Shown here in pieces: positions 24,601 to 36,510 of a stretch of DNA of 64,000 nt (positions within the stretch are counted from its first letter, which is position 1; every line of letters starts with the position of its first letter). The notes under the pieces were generated by a model. It worked only from the letters and a program-made list of their open reading frames with translations. It ran no database searches and had not been told where the DNA came from. Origin of the DNA: Zygnema circumcarinatum SAG 698-1b (taxonomy: Eukaryota; Plantae; Zygnematophyceae). The position numbers and the translations under genes were made by a program. The stretch spans positions 3,276,689 to 3,340,688 of the forward strand of contig CM074809.1 of the NCBI GenBank assembly GCA_037447605.1. Reading direction: 5' to 3'.

Positions 24601-27411
24601 CCTATCTATTACCTTTATGATCCCAGCAATAGGCCAATGACAACCGAAAAAGTGACACAGGCTTGAATCAATGGCTTCCTCTGGTGACGTGGGCTATGTA
24701 GCGAAGTTGGAATGGATGTAGGAAGTGCATTCCGCCACATTAAAGTGTGTGCTGCTGCTATGGCAAGCACATGAGGTCCCTGATAACACTCCACAGAAAA
24801 AAACATCCCAGTTTCCAGTTTCAAGCGTCCCGACGCTGCTCTTAAACAAGGTTTGTTATGTTGATGACAATCAGCGGAGACAGAGGATGAAAGTTTTGAG
24901 AAGAGCAAACTCACGGAGTTGAAAGCGTGGGTGACGTCAAGGCACAGCAATAACATCGACGTGGCTGACGCCATGGCCAGCTTTCCAGATATGTCGGTGG
25001 TAAGACAGACGTCAGAGTTTTTGTTGAATGCGCCCTTGTTTGAAGCTTCTCAGCATAGACCATGAATTTATTTATATTTCTTTGTGAGCAGTGTTTGAAT
25101 GGTTGAAGTAACAAGTATGTAAAATCAATTCTGCAAAAATCACAATGTTCCGCCATTGCTGAACCTTTGACTGTCTGGAGTTGGCAGGTACTCATTGAAG
25201 GTCTGGAGCCCTGATTCAGAACCAACCGCCATTGAAAAAATTAAGCGGCTCCTTTCATTTCGCGTCTTCAACTGGCATTTCGTTATTCTATTTTCTTTTT
25301 CCACAGTTGTGCAATAACTTCCCTGATGCCGCTAGAAAATGAGCAAGCGATGTTAAGACGAAGGGGAAGTATTTCCTTGATGTTGTTTTTTTGCAGATTT
25401 GATGGAACGTCTTGTAAAGGAGAATACTTTAAAGCGACTCGGTCAGGATCTGTACTGTCTTGCCAGAAAGGTGGGTAGCTGCTTTGGAACACCACCAAAT
25501 TCCTTCATATTGCTAAAACAATGGAAATGCCTTTTGACATATTCTTGGTGTGATTCACGATGCAGGAAGAGAAACAGGAGCCACTGAAACTGATTGATTC
25601 TCCTCAAGGGTCCTCGCCGTTTGACACGAGCCAAAAAGATTATAAGAATGAGGTCAGCAGCAATTACGAGGAAAAGGTTTACACAAAGGTAACCTGGAAG
25701 CTCTTCGCCGTTTTGCAGTTCCAATGGATGTTAATCTGTGTAATTTGCATGGACTGCGCAAAGAACTGCCTAGAAGCAGAGAGCCTATGCAATAACAACA
25801 ATCACAGCCCACTTTTTCTGCGACTCCAGGCTTTGTATCACGTGCTTCAGCTAGAGCACGTTACCATGTCATCACTCCAGAAGAAGCTGGGCCGAGAAGT
25901 TGATAGTACTACTGTGAAGGCTCTTATCGACAAGATGGTCACCGACGGTTACCTTGAGTCTGTTCCTTCCAACAAACGGCTGGGTGAGTGGACTCTGGCT
26001 AATCTTCAAGCCACCAATCATCTCTCTGGTTCATTTGCTGCTTGGGGATAACATAGTTGTTTTAATGTATTAACGGTGAAATGGAGGTTGATTAGAAGTT
26101 ATCTAGATGTAAGGTATTGACAGTGAAGGCGAGTCCAGGTCGACGGGTGTTACGGACTCCACAAGCGGAAACTAAGCTAAAGGAGGTGAGCTTCCCATTG
26201 TGCTCCATAATGTTTGCCTGAATTATGTGCTTGCCTTCAGTAAACGAGATTCGCGATGAAAGTATCGCACGATTTCACCTTTGACTTCAAATGTAGCAGT
26301 GCTCATGGTTTTCAATCCAGCGACGTATCAATAAAATTTGAACTCGATGCACCTACACGTAAGTGGCAGACTAAACTGTGCACTTATTAAATCATCTGTG
26401 TGTCTCTGAAAATGACACAGATCGTGGCAGCAGTGAAATCCTGCGCCATTCAGACACTGGAGACAATGACAACTGACAATACAGCAAAGCTTGAAGCGGT
26501 CCAGAAGAACGGTACGATGTTTGAGCGGATTTTAAAAACTATTAAGAACCGAAGGTGGCTATAATGTTCTCTAGGCAATGTTCGTAGTGAAATCAACTAA
26601 TGGACACGGCCTATACCTCTGGTCTTCTCCCTTCTTCACGTGTCGCTGTTTTGAAGCGCCGATCAATTCACAAATGGATGTCAACCACCTGTGAGGCGAT
26701 AGAAAAGTCGGTTCAGTCGGTTTAAGTCGGTTTATATCTGGGGCAATATTACCTCTGGGGGTAATAGTTTTCTCATTTCGCTCTTAGGGACGATGCAAAC
26801 TGACGTTTTTTCTAACGAAAGCTGTATCATTGTCGTCTCATTCAACTCAGTTCCTTTCGAGGGAAACGGCTCGACGATCGCTCAGCAAGTTTCTCTAGGA
26901 TCGGACGTGACAGTGCACCAACCTGGTGCGGAAATCACTGAAAACGCTCGGGAGAAACGTTTCAAAGAGCCCAATCGGCTGCAGAAACAGATGATCGGCT
27001 CAGGCAAGGTTAGCCTTCGACATGTTTTGTAATTCTCAAAGCCGTACCGTTCTTCTCATTGAATCCAACAGAGATTTGCTATGGGAGACTGCGATATCTA
27101 CATAGTCCATAAGTGACAGTGTCATGTTGAGGCCACTGAGTGGCACACTCCTGTCAGATCCGCCCCCCTACGTCCTGCATTGACTGATGGAAAGTAAGCT
27201 ATGACTCCAGGAGGACTCTTCTGGCTCCGTCAGAAAGGATGCAACTCCAGCGGGAAGCTGCACATCACCTAATCGGAACATGATGTCTGACGCTTTGCTG
27301 GCCACTGGAGCACGGCGTTACCACGATAGCCAGGAGTCTCTGGAGTCCAACCGGGTTCGAAAGGCGAGCACGGTAAGGAGTGCGGCCTGCATTCTGGAGC
27401 GCATAACTTAG
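21662..27411 (+). CDS. ASY1: Meiotic HORMA-domain axis protein ASY1/HOP1 (~20+ exons; 3' end uncertain)
   Basis: Exons 21662-21664 (ATG only), 21931-21996, 22115-22211 ([24 protein letters not shown]), 22509-22577 ([23 protein letters not shown]), 22670-22762, 22918-23035, 23136-23205 ([17 protein letters not shown]), 23324-23365 ([12 protein letters not shown]), 23577-23702 ([10 protein letters not shown]), 23864-24016. SWIRM/winged-helix-like exons at 24875-24999, 25188-25200, 25397-25470 and 25830-25984. C-terminal RVRKAST near 27350-27372 resembles the ASY1 closure motif. The terminal exon is not resolved. Confidence 0.93.
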
Positions 27412-27449
27412 CACGTCGCTGTGTGGCATTTATTTGTTTTGAAAGTCTC

Positions 27450-27563
27450 TTTACCTACTTTTACTTGTCTCTCGAAAAGAGTACTTTTGAGTCCGCTTTC
27501 TCTACTCATTCTATGCTAAGTCGGTACTGATTTCGAACTTCATGTGTCAAACTTTGGAAAGTC
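27450..27563 (-). repeat. Dispersed repeat family A, copy 3 (inverted)
   Basis: Reverse complement reads CAGACTTTCCAAAGTTTGACACATGAAGTTCGAAATCAGTAC...GAGACAAGT...GGTAAAGAGAC, matching 9749-9830. Confidence 0.6.
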
Positions 27564-28571
27564 TGATGCAAACCAAACCTCCCTTCCCACCCCCAAGAAA
27601 ACGAAGTTGTTGTAAGCGTAAGATCATTTCACACTTCACATTTGAGGGCTTTTAGGACTTTGGGGCTCGTATGGGTTTATCGACGACCTAAAAAGTCCCA
27701 CGATCCTGGTCGGTTTTTTCTGTGATATGATCAGGTCATCGATCCCATCCATCAAGCGGCGAAGCGTTTCCGGAGTGAGACGTGATTCAGGAAGGAGCTC
27801 GGAGAGCGGAACAGCAGCATGCGGTACCAACTGACTCCTTTCACGCGGCATCACTTCCTACATCCACGCATATGTTAATTTCTGTAGAAGCTCGTGGCAA
27901 CAACATTATTTAGGCTAGAGATCCACCGGAAGACCAACCTATTATTTCAGTATAACCAATGATGTTACGCTATTTGAACTCCCTTTTTGCGTTACGGGCA
28001 CACATGAAGACATTCCTGCTTTGAACTTCAGGTCGGCTGGGTCAGCTGGCTGACGAGGTGTGGCCTAAACACTACTCTACGAGTGTGACTCGCTGAACAG
28101 GCATGCTATGAGGCGCCGCACGGGAACTGAACGACTTTACTCTTCTTGTTACTTTTGTTGTTATCATTCTCTTAATTGTCTTCCCCTCTTCATTCCTTTT
28201 ACTGTCTATTGCTGTCCGTGGGCTGGAAAGGTGGTCTAATCAAGGGCGTTCTCCATAGCACATTGTTCAACTGCATGGTTGCCAGTGATCCTTAGCGTGC
28301 GCGAAATTCTGGATGAGTTTTGAGTTTCTGAGATTCAATGTGTCAGTGATTCCTGAGTGGTTTTTATAAGTAGAGATGGTTTGCATGGACTGTGGTTCAC
28401 GTATCACTCAAAAAAGAAATCAAACCGCGAAAAGAAGAGCGCGAGGGGAACCAACTAGGTCACCAGACGCATCACCAGTTATACTTTTACGTGAGCTGCA
28501 TCCGAGGCAGAGGAATTTGCAGCTCCTTTGGAAAGCGTGGTACTCCTCTCTACGCCCAACTTACGTCCCGT

Positions 28572-28586
28572 AAACCCTAAACCCTA
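28572..28586 (+). repeat. Two tandem plant-type telomere units (AAACCCT)2 / telo-box
   Basis: AAACCCTAAACCCTA seen directly; function unknown. Confidence 0.6.
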
Positions 28587-29318
28587 GAAAGAGCAAAGCC
28601 TCTAATACCAGCACTTCCAAGAGGCTGCAAAAGCGCCCCCCCCCCCCGAAATTCTGGCTGGAAGCATTTCTGTTCCTTCTAAAGATACAAAACTGATAAA
28701 AGCTGATACCAAGTTAGAGGAGATAACACCACGGCCCATACGATGCAACAAAGCCACAGAACGTAACGAGGCAGGGACGAGGGAGCTTTGCAACAGCAGC
28801 GCTAAATTTTATTAATCGCTCGGCAACCGACCGCTGACTAACAAGTCATTTCGTGACCCAACACCAAAAAGTAAGAACCGTACACAGGTTTGAGGTTTGC
28901 CCGCCACCGAAATCTCCGTTTTCTCGTCCTCAAGTTCCCACAATAATTTAGCGTACAATAAAACTAAAAAGGGACAAGGAACTAACAACTAAAAACCCCG
29001 AATAAAATCAGGGTATGCGTTTTTGCCTCTGTCGTTGCACAGAGGAACATGAGTCGCCATGGGTCCGTATCCTAAATGAACGGCAAATGGCGAGGTCTGG
29101 GGTGGAAGGTAGTTCCGCCACTCGTACTATAACGTATAGTACGGTTCCACAGCACCCCCCTAACTTCCTACTAACGACAATCGACCCAAGATCATGAAAT
29201 CTCCAACACCATACGAAACACCATCATAAAACGTTTGCCTACGGCTAATCAAAAGCAGGAGGGAGAGAGGGAGGGAGAGAGAGAGAGCAAGAGAAGGAAA
29301 GGAATCCATCAATTCCTA

Positions 29319-30834
29319 CTATGCCTGCAGGGCTCGGTTGTGAACCCGAGCTCGGTAGAGTTCCAGCAACGGCGACTGCTGGGCAGCCTCCTCCCCCCCG
29401 GCTTCCACCACAGCCGAAAGCTCCACTTTTGCCCCCGCCGGAATGAAGAATATGTCGCCCACGCGGAGGCCGCTGAAGGCCTCCTTCCCATTGTACAGTT
29501 GAGTGATGGCCCCATTGCCTTTGTATGCCATGAGGATGGAGGGGCCCAGAAGCACAGGCGCCTCATAGGTCTCTCCCAGAGGGACCGCAATACGCTCCAC
29601 TTCAAACTCGTCAAAGGGTGGGGAGTAGACCGAGGTGCACCGGTCGACCGGAGTTCCCTTCAAGATCTCAGGAGGGCCCTGCAAAGGCAGGACCGAAGGC
29701 GGTGTATGCTTCAGAATTGCCCTTTCGCTAGCAATCAAAGGGACTCGACATGCATCACTGCAACGCACGGCAGATCATTCCGTGGCTTCACCCACACCCC
29801 TCTCCCCCACCCGGCATCCTCATAGTGACCATTCTACTCGCTGAAAACGGCCAGCTATGAAATGTGCGATGCTACTCTCACTGTTTCTGGACTTGTACGT
29901 GGTTTACATGGTTGACCTCATGAACTATTTTTAGCTCGTCATCATTCTATCGAGAAACAACAAGCTGTCGCGTCTGAAGGCTGATTGTATGTGCATTCCA
30001 CGCTAGTGCAGACCAGTGAAAACGTCAGCAATCGAAGGAATCTACTCAGATCCACCCCGTGACTCATCACCTATGGTGACACATTTCATGACCAAACTTA
30101 CTCAGTATTAGCATTACACTGATGGAGAAGGGATGTTTTCCAAATTGTTTCTACAGAAAGCCAAGATACCTACATTTATCACCTTTCGTGAAAAGATCAA
30201 CAACTACGGTTTAGTACCACACAAGGTTACCAATACCTTGTTTCTCTTATCTTTGTCATCATGTGTTGTGCAAGCGTGAATGCGATTGATCCTAACTCAG
30301 TGTGAGATGTGAGGACTGTCCCGGAATATAGTTCATGCAGAAGAGGTTATAATGCATTAAGGTACCTATGCCGTACTCTTCTTCACATGTATAAGACTTG
30401 GACGTTTTCAAAGTGATGCATGCTCCATCGCCATCACCGGGAAAGAAAAAGCCCCGTCCTCCAGATATTGGATACTACAATTCTGTGTAGGCCTGGGTGA
30501 ACGCAGGCATTATGTGTACTTGACAGCCTTATGCTTACCTGATTGTATGTCAACATGGAGCACAAGTTGTCTGTGTCTCGATACTTGGGAGTCAACCCTG
30601 CTCGTACAACATTGTCTGAAGCAGCCATGCACTCAATGCACTCCCCCTTGAGGTAGGCATGGGGTTCGTTAGCAGCCAAGTAAATGGCTTCCCCAACAGC
30701 TAGAGTCAAGTAATTGAGGAAGTAAATGGAGAAGACACCGACATCCCCGTTGTATTGCTGCTCCACTCGAAGGATCAGTTCCTCTTTTGGTGTAAGTTTC
30801 CTTTCCTGCATGATACAGAGATAGCATGCGTGGC

Positions 30835-30890
<56 letters not shown>

Positions 30891-32682
30891 CAAACAAAGG
30901 AAAAAATGTTCATAGCGGATCTGTTGCAATCTTCCTCAGATGTTGCAGCTTCTGCTTTGGGAAAGAAGTAAAAGAGAACTAGGGTGACTTTCCCAAGAAG
31001 TAAACGAAAAAGATAGTTTCCGTTTAGCAATATGCTTTTCTCGGACGTGGCACCAGCTCGTGGAGCTCACATGAAAACGTAACAACTATTTACAGAGCTG
31101 TGGAAGGCTACCTTACATCTCTTTAACTTGAACATCAATGATTTTTGGCTTCCTCACTAGACAAAGTCATTACTGAATTGCTTTCAAAAGTTAGGCTGGT
31201 AGAACTGACTGGAGCATGCAACGAAGGAGAGGAGTACAGTTCAATGGCTCACCCACCTTCTTCTCTGTATTCAAGCGCTCGATCAGTTTTGCCAAATGCT
31301 CAACGACGGAAGCCTTGTCACTTGTCATCAGAGCAGTGAACGCTTTCCGCAATGCAGTCTTCCTTTCGTCCTCACTTGCATCACTGGACAGACCAATGAC
31401 GGCTTCAGAGCCTTCCTTGCCAACTACAGCGAACAGCTCCGGCACAGTCTCCAGACTTTCTTTCAGCTCCTGAAAAGGACAAGGATTTTTGGAACGGGGG
31501 AGGTAAGAACGAGAATCGGAATGTGCCTCCTCTGAGTACGGAATAATGTAATGTGATTGCAACTTGCAAGGAGATGCAAAACAGATGTTGAGAAGCAAAA
31601 TCTCTCCCTCTGAACAGAATAAAAAACTCAACGTCTGTTCTGTAAGTTTTCGTAATCCCAGTACCTTTTGAGTAAAAAAGGAACTCTTTGAACCTACACT
31701 ATTAAACCTAACAACCCTGCTTAATAGTGCACCGCTTTCCTTCAAAATCGCCTGATCAACCAAGAGCATGACAGGAAATCCACAGGCTTACACGCGGAAC
31801 CTTGCGATAGCACAAAAAGGAAAAGAGCCATGGACAAAAGCCGCTGCGGCTCCATAAGAGGTAGTTTACAAGTGAAACTAGCCTCCAACCGATCCAGCCA
31901 GCATTCTCAAGCGTCACAGTCACTCTCACTGGAAAATAAAAATTCTGCTCGAAAGTTTCTTCTTCCTACCTAACTGCAAAGGTCGGTTAATGGACAAAAG
32001 GTTGGAAGTAAACAACCTAATCTACCTTTTAAGGAATCGAGCTCACCGGCATTGTTACAAACGCACAAAGGGCTTCAAACTCAGTCACAGCCAGTGCCAT
32101 CTCCGGTTTATGGTTGTCATCCTTATAATTTGAAGGCTGCTCTTTGTGCAGCCTTTCAGCCAAGGTCTTGTCGGGGTGAGCTTGGATCGATAATGCCTTA
32201 GCCACAGATAGAACCTATACAGCAAACCAATCTCCAAGCCAGTCAGGAAACGCTCAAGTCGCGGCAACTAATGTTATTATACATTTTTCACGAGTCATAA
32301 GTAAAAAAAGGCATTGCAGAAGGAAGGAAGAAAACAGCTCCTAATGTTTAATAAATCTGGATCTGTTCTGTTGGAAGACCTTCACAAAGAGCTTCGATAC
32401 CTTGAAAAGGAAAGGAAGCTGACCACTCCACTTGGAATTGACTGCCTCTCCCAGAGCCTCAGGATGTGCTACCAGCCATTCTTTCAACAAGACTGTAGCT
32501 CCTCCATCCTCCAGCAACACCTTTGAGGGTCCGCTTGGATGCGTCCCCATCCAGAGCTCCGCATACGGCGTCTCAACCTTTAACTCTTGCCCGCTTCCCA
32601 GCGCATAGAGCCTACCAACGGTGCTGCCGTTCCCTTTGATACCCCAGTCGTAGGTCTGCGCCACACACTGCAAGCGCAACAT
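29319..32682 (-). CDS. PMI: Mannose-6-phosphate isomerase, type I (5 exons, ~429 aa)
   Basis: Exons 32682-32401, 32214-32047, 31469-31257, 30805-30539, 29678-29319, all phase 0. Motifs [25 protein letters not shown]|[64 protein letters not shown]; the Zn ligands Q, H, E and H are present. Confidence 0.96.
30835..30893. repeat. (GTCAAG)n hexamer microsatellite, ~10 units, in PMI intron 3
   Basis: Seen directly; reads (TTGACC)n on the gene strand. Confidence 0.97.
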
Positions 32683-33151
32683 GGCTGACACTTAAAAGAG
32701 GACGGCGCTCCGTCCTCCTCCTCCTCCTCCTCCTCAGATCAGCCCACACCAAAGAGAAATCCTTCTCCTCCTGCTCTGCCGGTATATCTGCAACGCGGAG
32801 ATAGCTGCCTGCCTGCCTGCCTTTAACAAGTGCGGCAATGCGAAGTTGTCTATCTGCCTGTCTGCACTCAGGCAGAGCACATGCCCTCCCTCTCCCGCAT
32901 ATGCTCGCGCTGGACGGTCCAGGCGCCACGCTGGCAACTCGACCGCGCCTCACCAGTAACATGCGCCACGAATAAACATTTTGACACGTGTCACGTCGCG
33001 ATTGGAACATGCTGGACGGCAGGTTGTCAAGGGCAGGCCACGTCCGTGGCGGAATCATTGCAATTTTCCGCCGTTGGGACTCCAGTAGATGCAGCCCTGT
33101 GACTGGTTCTATGTACGGAACGGTGTGCTGCATATAAAACCGTTTTATAAA

Positions 33152-34094
33152 GGGTAGTGATATTTCCACCCCTTTTTTGGATCCAAACACCCCTTCCCGG
33201 CCGGGCAGATTTCAAAAGGGATTAAAAACGGAAAATACTTTTTTCACACCTTTTTGGAATCGATACCCACCTTCTTCCGTTGGCTGATTCTTTTTTTGCT
33301 AAACAAGGAAAATGATACCCCGTCACCGCATTTTGAATACTGTATCCCGCCTCCCTGAATTTTTTTTTTGAGGGAAAAAAATATCTGCCTGCCCGAATCC
33401 GCTCGGAGCGGAAGATCCGTCCGCCACGAGATCGTTCGCGGGTGTCCGTCCTTCACACGTGCTTGTCAATCGCATCTGTCGATTTCCCTCGCAGATCGCA
33501 CCACTGCAGATTACCGTTCGATCTGCAGCCGGGCTCGATCTTAGCGAATGGAAAGCGCCCACGAGTGACGAGTGACGAGCGCACGTGCGAGTGCGCGCAT
33601 CCCTCGGCCCGAGATCTCGTGCATTGTCAGCTCTCAGCCAATCAACATCTTCCACGTGTTAAATTTTTGACGTGGAAACCTTTGATTGGTCCAAGCTCTC
33701 AATGTACGAAATATTGGGTTCCTCAAAGTTTTGACCGTACGACATATGTACGGACAAACTTTTGAGACGAGTTTGGCGGGATACGTGGGCACGTGCCATT
33801 CGCTGTGACCGAGCCCGGCTGCAGAGCAAATAGTGATCTGCCGTGTTGCGATCTGCCAGGGAATCGACGGCTGCGATTGACCGCACGCGTGAAAAAAATT
33901 CAGGTAGGCGGGATATTCAAAATGGGGGTGACAGGTTACTTCCTTGTTTAGCAAAAATAAAATCTCCGATGGAGGGTGGGTATCGATTCCAAAAAGGTGT
34001 GAAAAAAGCATTTTCCGTTTTTAATCCTTTTTGAAATCTGCCCGGCCGGGAAGGGGTGTTTGGATCCAAGAAAGGGGTGGAAATATCACTACCC
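33152..34094. mobile_element. Non-autonomous foldback/MULE-like DNA element 1 (943 bp, ~210-bp TIRs, 8-bp TSD)
   Basis: Left end GGGTAGTGATATTTCCACCCC...GGATCCAAACACCCCTTCCCGGCCGGGCAGATTTCAAAA is mirrored at ~33895-34094. Flanked by TTTATAAA at 33144-33151 and 34095-34102; this TSD is itself palindromic, so the boundary is slightly ambiguous. No transposase. Confidence 0.82.
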
Positions 34095-34214
34095 TTTATA
34101 AAACACTTTTTAGGATTTTCGTACAGTAGTACGGCTACGCGCTCGTACGGCAACCTCTTCTCTCCTGCCAGCGCCAATCCGCCATTAGTACGACCGTACA
34201 TTTCGTTTATTTTT

Positions 34215-35271
34215 GGAAAATTCTATACTCACACCTTTTTTGTCTACACACAGGCCTCTTTTCGCCGGGCAGATTTTAGAATAGCACAAAAAAAGAACAC
34301 ACCTTTCACACCTTCTCACCTTTTTTTTTTTCACCTTTTTTTTCACACTTTTTTGAAATCGACACACCTTTCTCCATCGGGCAGATTTTACCCCCTCTTG
34401 TTTTTTTCAGAGAAAAAAATATCGGCCTGCCCGAATCCTCTCGGAGCAGAAGATCCGTTCGCCACGAGATCGTTCGCGGGTGGCCGTCCTTCACACGTGC
34501 AGAAACTATACACCGTCGATTCTAGCGCAGATCACACCACGGCAGATCGCACCACGGCAGATCGGCAGATCGCACCACGGCAGATCGGCAGATCGCCGTT
34601 CGATCGGCAGCCGGGCTCGGTCCCAGCGAATGGCACACGCCCACGTGTCCCACCCAAGCCGCTTGAGGTCCGTACACAATTCGTACGGTCGCAGCTTCGA
34701 GGAAAGTCTAAATTCCTTGCATTGAGAGCTTGTACCAATCACCATCTGCCGCGTGCTATTTTTGGACGTGGCAAACTGTGATTGGTACAGGCACTCAACT
34801 TTTTATTGCGTTTCTGACTTTCCTCGAAGCTGCGGACGTACGCCTTTTGTACGGTCCTTTGAGCCGGCTTGGGTGGGACACGTGGGACACAGCCCGGCTG
34901 CTGATCGAACGGTGATCTGCCATGGTGCGATCTGAGTGAATATCGACGGCGGAAAATTATTGCACGTGTAAAGGACGGCCATCCGCGAACGATCTCGTGG
35001 CGGACGGATCTTTCCCTCCGAGCGGATTCGGGCAGGCAGATATTTTTTTCTCTGAAAATAAATGATAAGGAGTAAAATCTGCCCGACAGAAAAAGGTGCT
35101 CACGGCGCTCGGCCGCTCAGGAGTAGCGTGTATCGATTCCAAAAAGATGTGAAAAAAAAGGTGAAAAAAAAAAAGGTGTGAAAGGTGTGTTCCTTTTTTG
35201 TCTATTTTAAAATCTGCCCGGCGAAAAGAGGTCTGTGTGTAGACAAAAAAGGTGTGAGAATAGAATTTTCC
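34215..35271. mobile_element. Non-autonomous foldback/MULE-like DNA element 2 (1057 bp, ~300-bp imperfect TIRs, 8-bp TSD)
   Basis: Left end GGAAAATTCTATACTCACACCTTTTTTGTCTACACACAG is mirrored by CTGTGTGTAGACAAAAAAGGTGTGAGAATAGAATTTTCC. TTATTTTT lies at 34207-34214 and 35272-35279. Short internal direct repeats GATCGCACCACGGCA at ~34535-34595. Confidence 0.85.
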
Positions 35272-35478
35272 TTATTTTTTTGCGGTCGTACGGCCATTCT
35301 AAAAGTGTTTCAAAACTCTGAAACGTTTAGATACTAGAACGTTCTAATTCTGAAAAACTCTAAAAGTCCCTTGTACAGTTCCTTGTCCCTTGTCCCTTGC
35401 CATCCCTATTGCTGCAAGGGATGCCGTACGGTGCTGCTGGCCCTGGGCCTTGGGGGCTAATCATCAATAAGCGAACCA

Positions 35479-35909
35479 TTGGTTAGGGAGTGGAGGTATT
35501 GGCGTTGGTCTCAAGCTTCACGATGCTCAAGCTCAAGCTCAAGCTTGCGGCCCTTCGCAAGGAGCGTGCATATGCTCACCGTGATGCAGCCGACGACTTT
35601 GTTCCTGTGGCTATTGAGATTTTTGGTTGCCTCGACACCCGTTTGGATACCTTCCTTCGCCAGTGCGCCCATCGCTCCTTCAAGATGCACGGCCCCGGAA
35701 GCCCTCCTCCGGCGATCCTGGCTACCTTTTATCGACAGCGTATTTCCGTCGCCCTTCAGCGTTGCCTCGCTGCTACGCTTCTTCGGCGTGCTGCGGTTGT
35801 GGTGACCGTGTTGGTGGACTTCCGCCGCTCCCTCCTTGCGATGTGCCTCACATCGGTGACCTTCGCGGCTGCTTCTAGGGCGGCGTTTAGGCGTAGGTTC
35901 CGCTTTTAG
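35479..35909 (+). mobile_element. 5'-truncated 3' fragment of an RLE-type (CRE-like) non-LTR retrotransposon
   Basis: ORF 35490-35909 reads ALRKERAY...FVPVAIEIFGCLDTRLDTFLRQCA...FYRQRISVALQRCLAATLLRRA. This matches the (K..Y)...F.P.A.E.FG...RISVALQR pattern of the C-terminal restriction-like endonuclease region of early-branching non-LTR elements. Confidence 0.75.
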
Positions 35910-36170
35910 CTTTGTTTTATTGTGCTTAGGTCCGTTGCGACCAGTCCCTTGTGTTTGCAGATCATGCTTTTGTCCATGTAGATTTGATGGCTTCGCCATC
36001 GTGAGTTCAATGAAATTTCCATCCATTTTCACGATGCATCCCACATACAAAAGATTGCATTGCCTCTGGGCGTAATTACTTATCGAGGCCATCAAATGTT
36101 CATGGACAAAGTCAACATGGGAAACCACGAGCGACTGGTCACAAGACCAAGACGTCGAAAGACCTAAGGA
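35890..36170. repeat. Repeat family B, head-to-head inverted pair (copies 2 and 3)
   Basis: 35890-36020 matches 10285-10420 directly; 36082-36170 matches it in reverse complement. Confidence 0.72.
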
Positions 36171-36249
36171 AAAAAAGAAAAAGTCTTGAGCACAAAGTCT
36201 ACTTCTACTTGCGCTTTCTAGGTACTGATTCCAGCCATTTGACTCTCCT

Positions 36250-36510
36250 ATTGGTCGCCTCCAATGGTTGCCAACCATCCGATCGTGGCGAACGTTGGCA
36301 TCGGACAAAATCAACCGTTGCCTCGGTCGCCAGCGGTGGTTGGTCGTTTTTATCTGCCAGCAAGGTATGAATTTTATATGGTTGCTCGCCATGCCAATGG
36401 TTGCGAACCACTGGCCTCGGACCGTCAACCATTGCCAATGGTTGCAGCCATTGGCTGCTTTGGAGTGCCAACCATCCCAATAGCTTGCAGCCATTGGCCG
36501 CCGCGTCCAC
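36250..36510. repeat. Array of CCAATGG-TTG-N3-4-CCATTGG palindromic units upstream of COA3
   Basis: For example CCAATGGTTGCCAACCAT (~36261), CCAATGGTTGCGAACCACTGG (~36393) and CCAATGGTTGCAGCCATTGG (~36436). Confidence 0.75.

Noticed and set aside
28376-28580. Short ORFs between ASY1 and PMI as a separate gene or the last ASY1 exon
   Set aside because: No homology signal and no convincing splice link; left unassigned.
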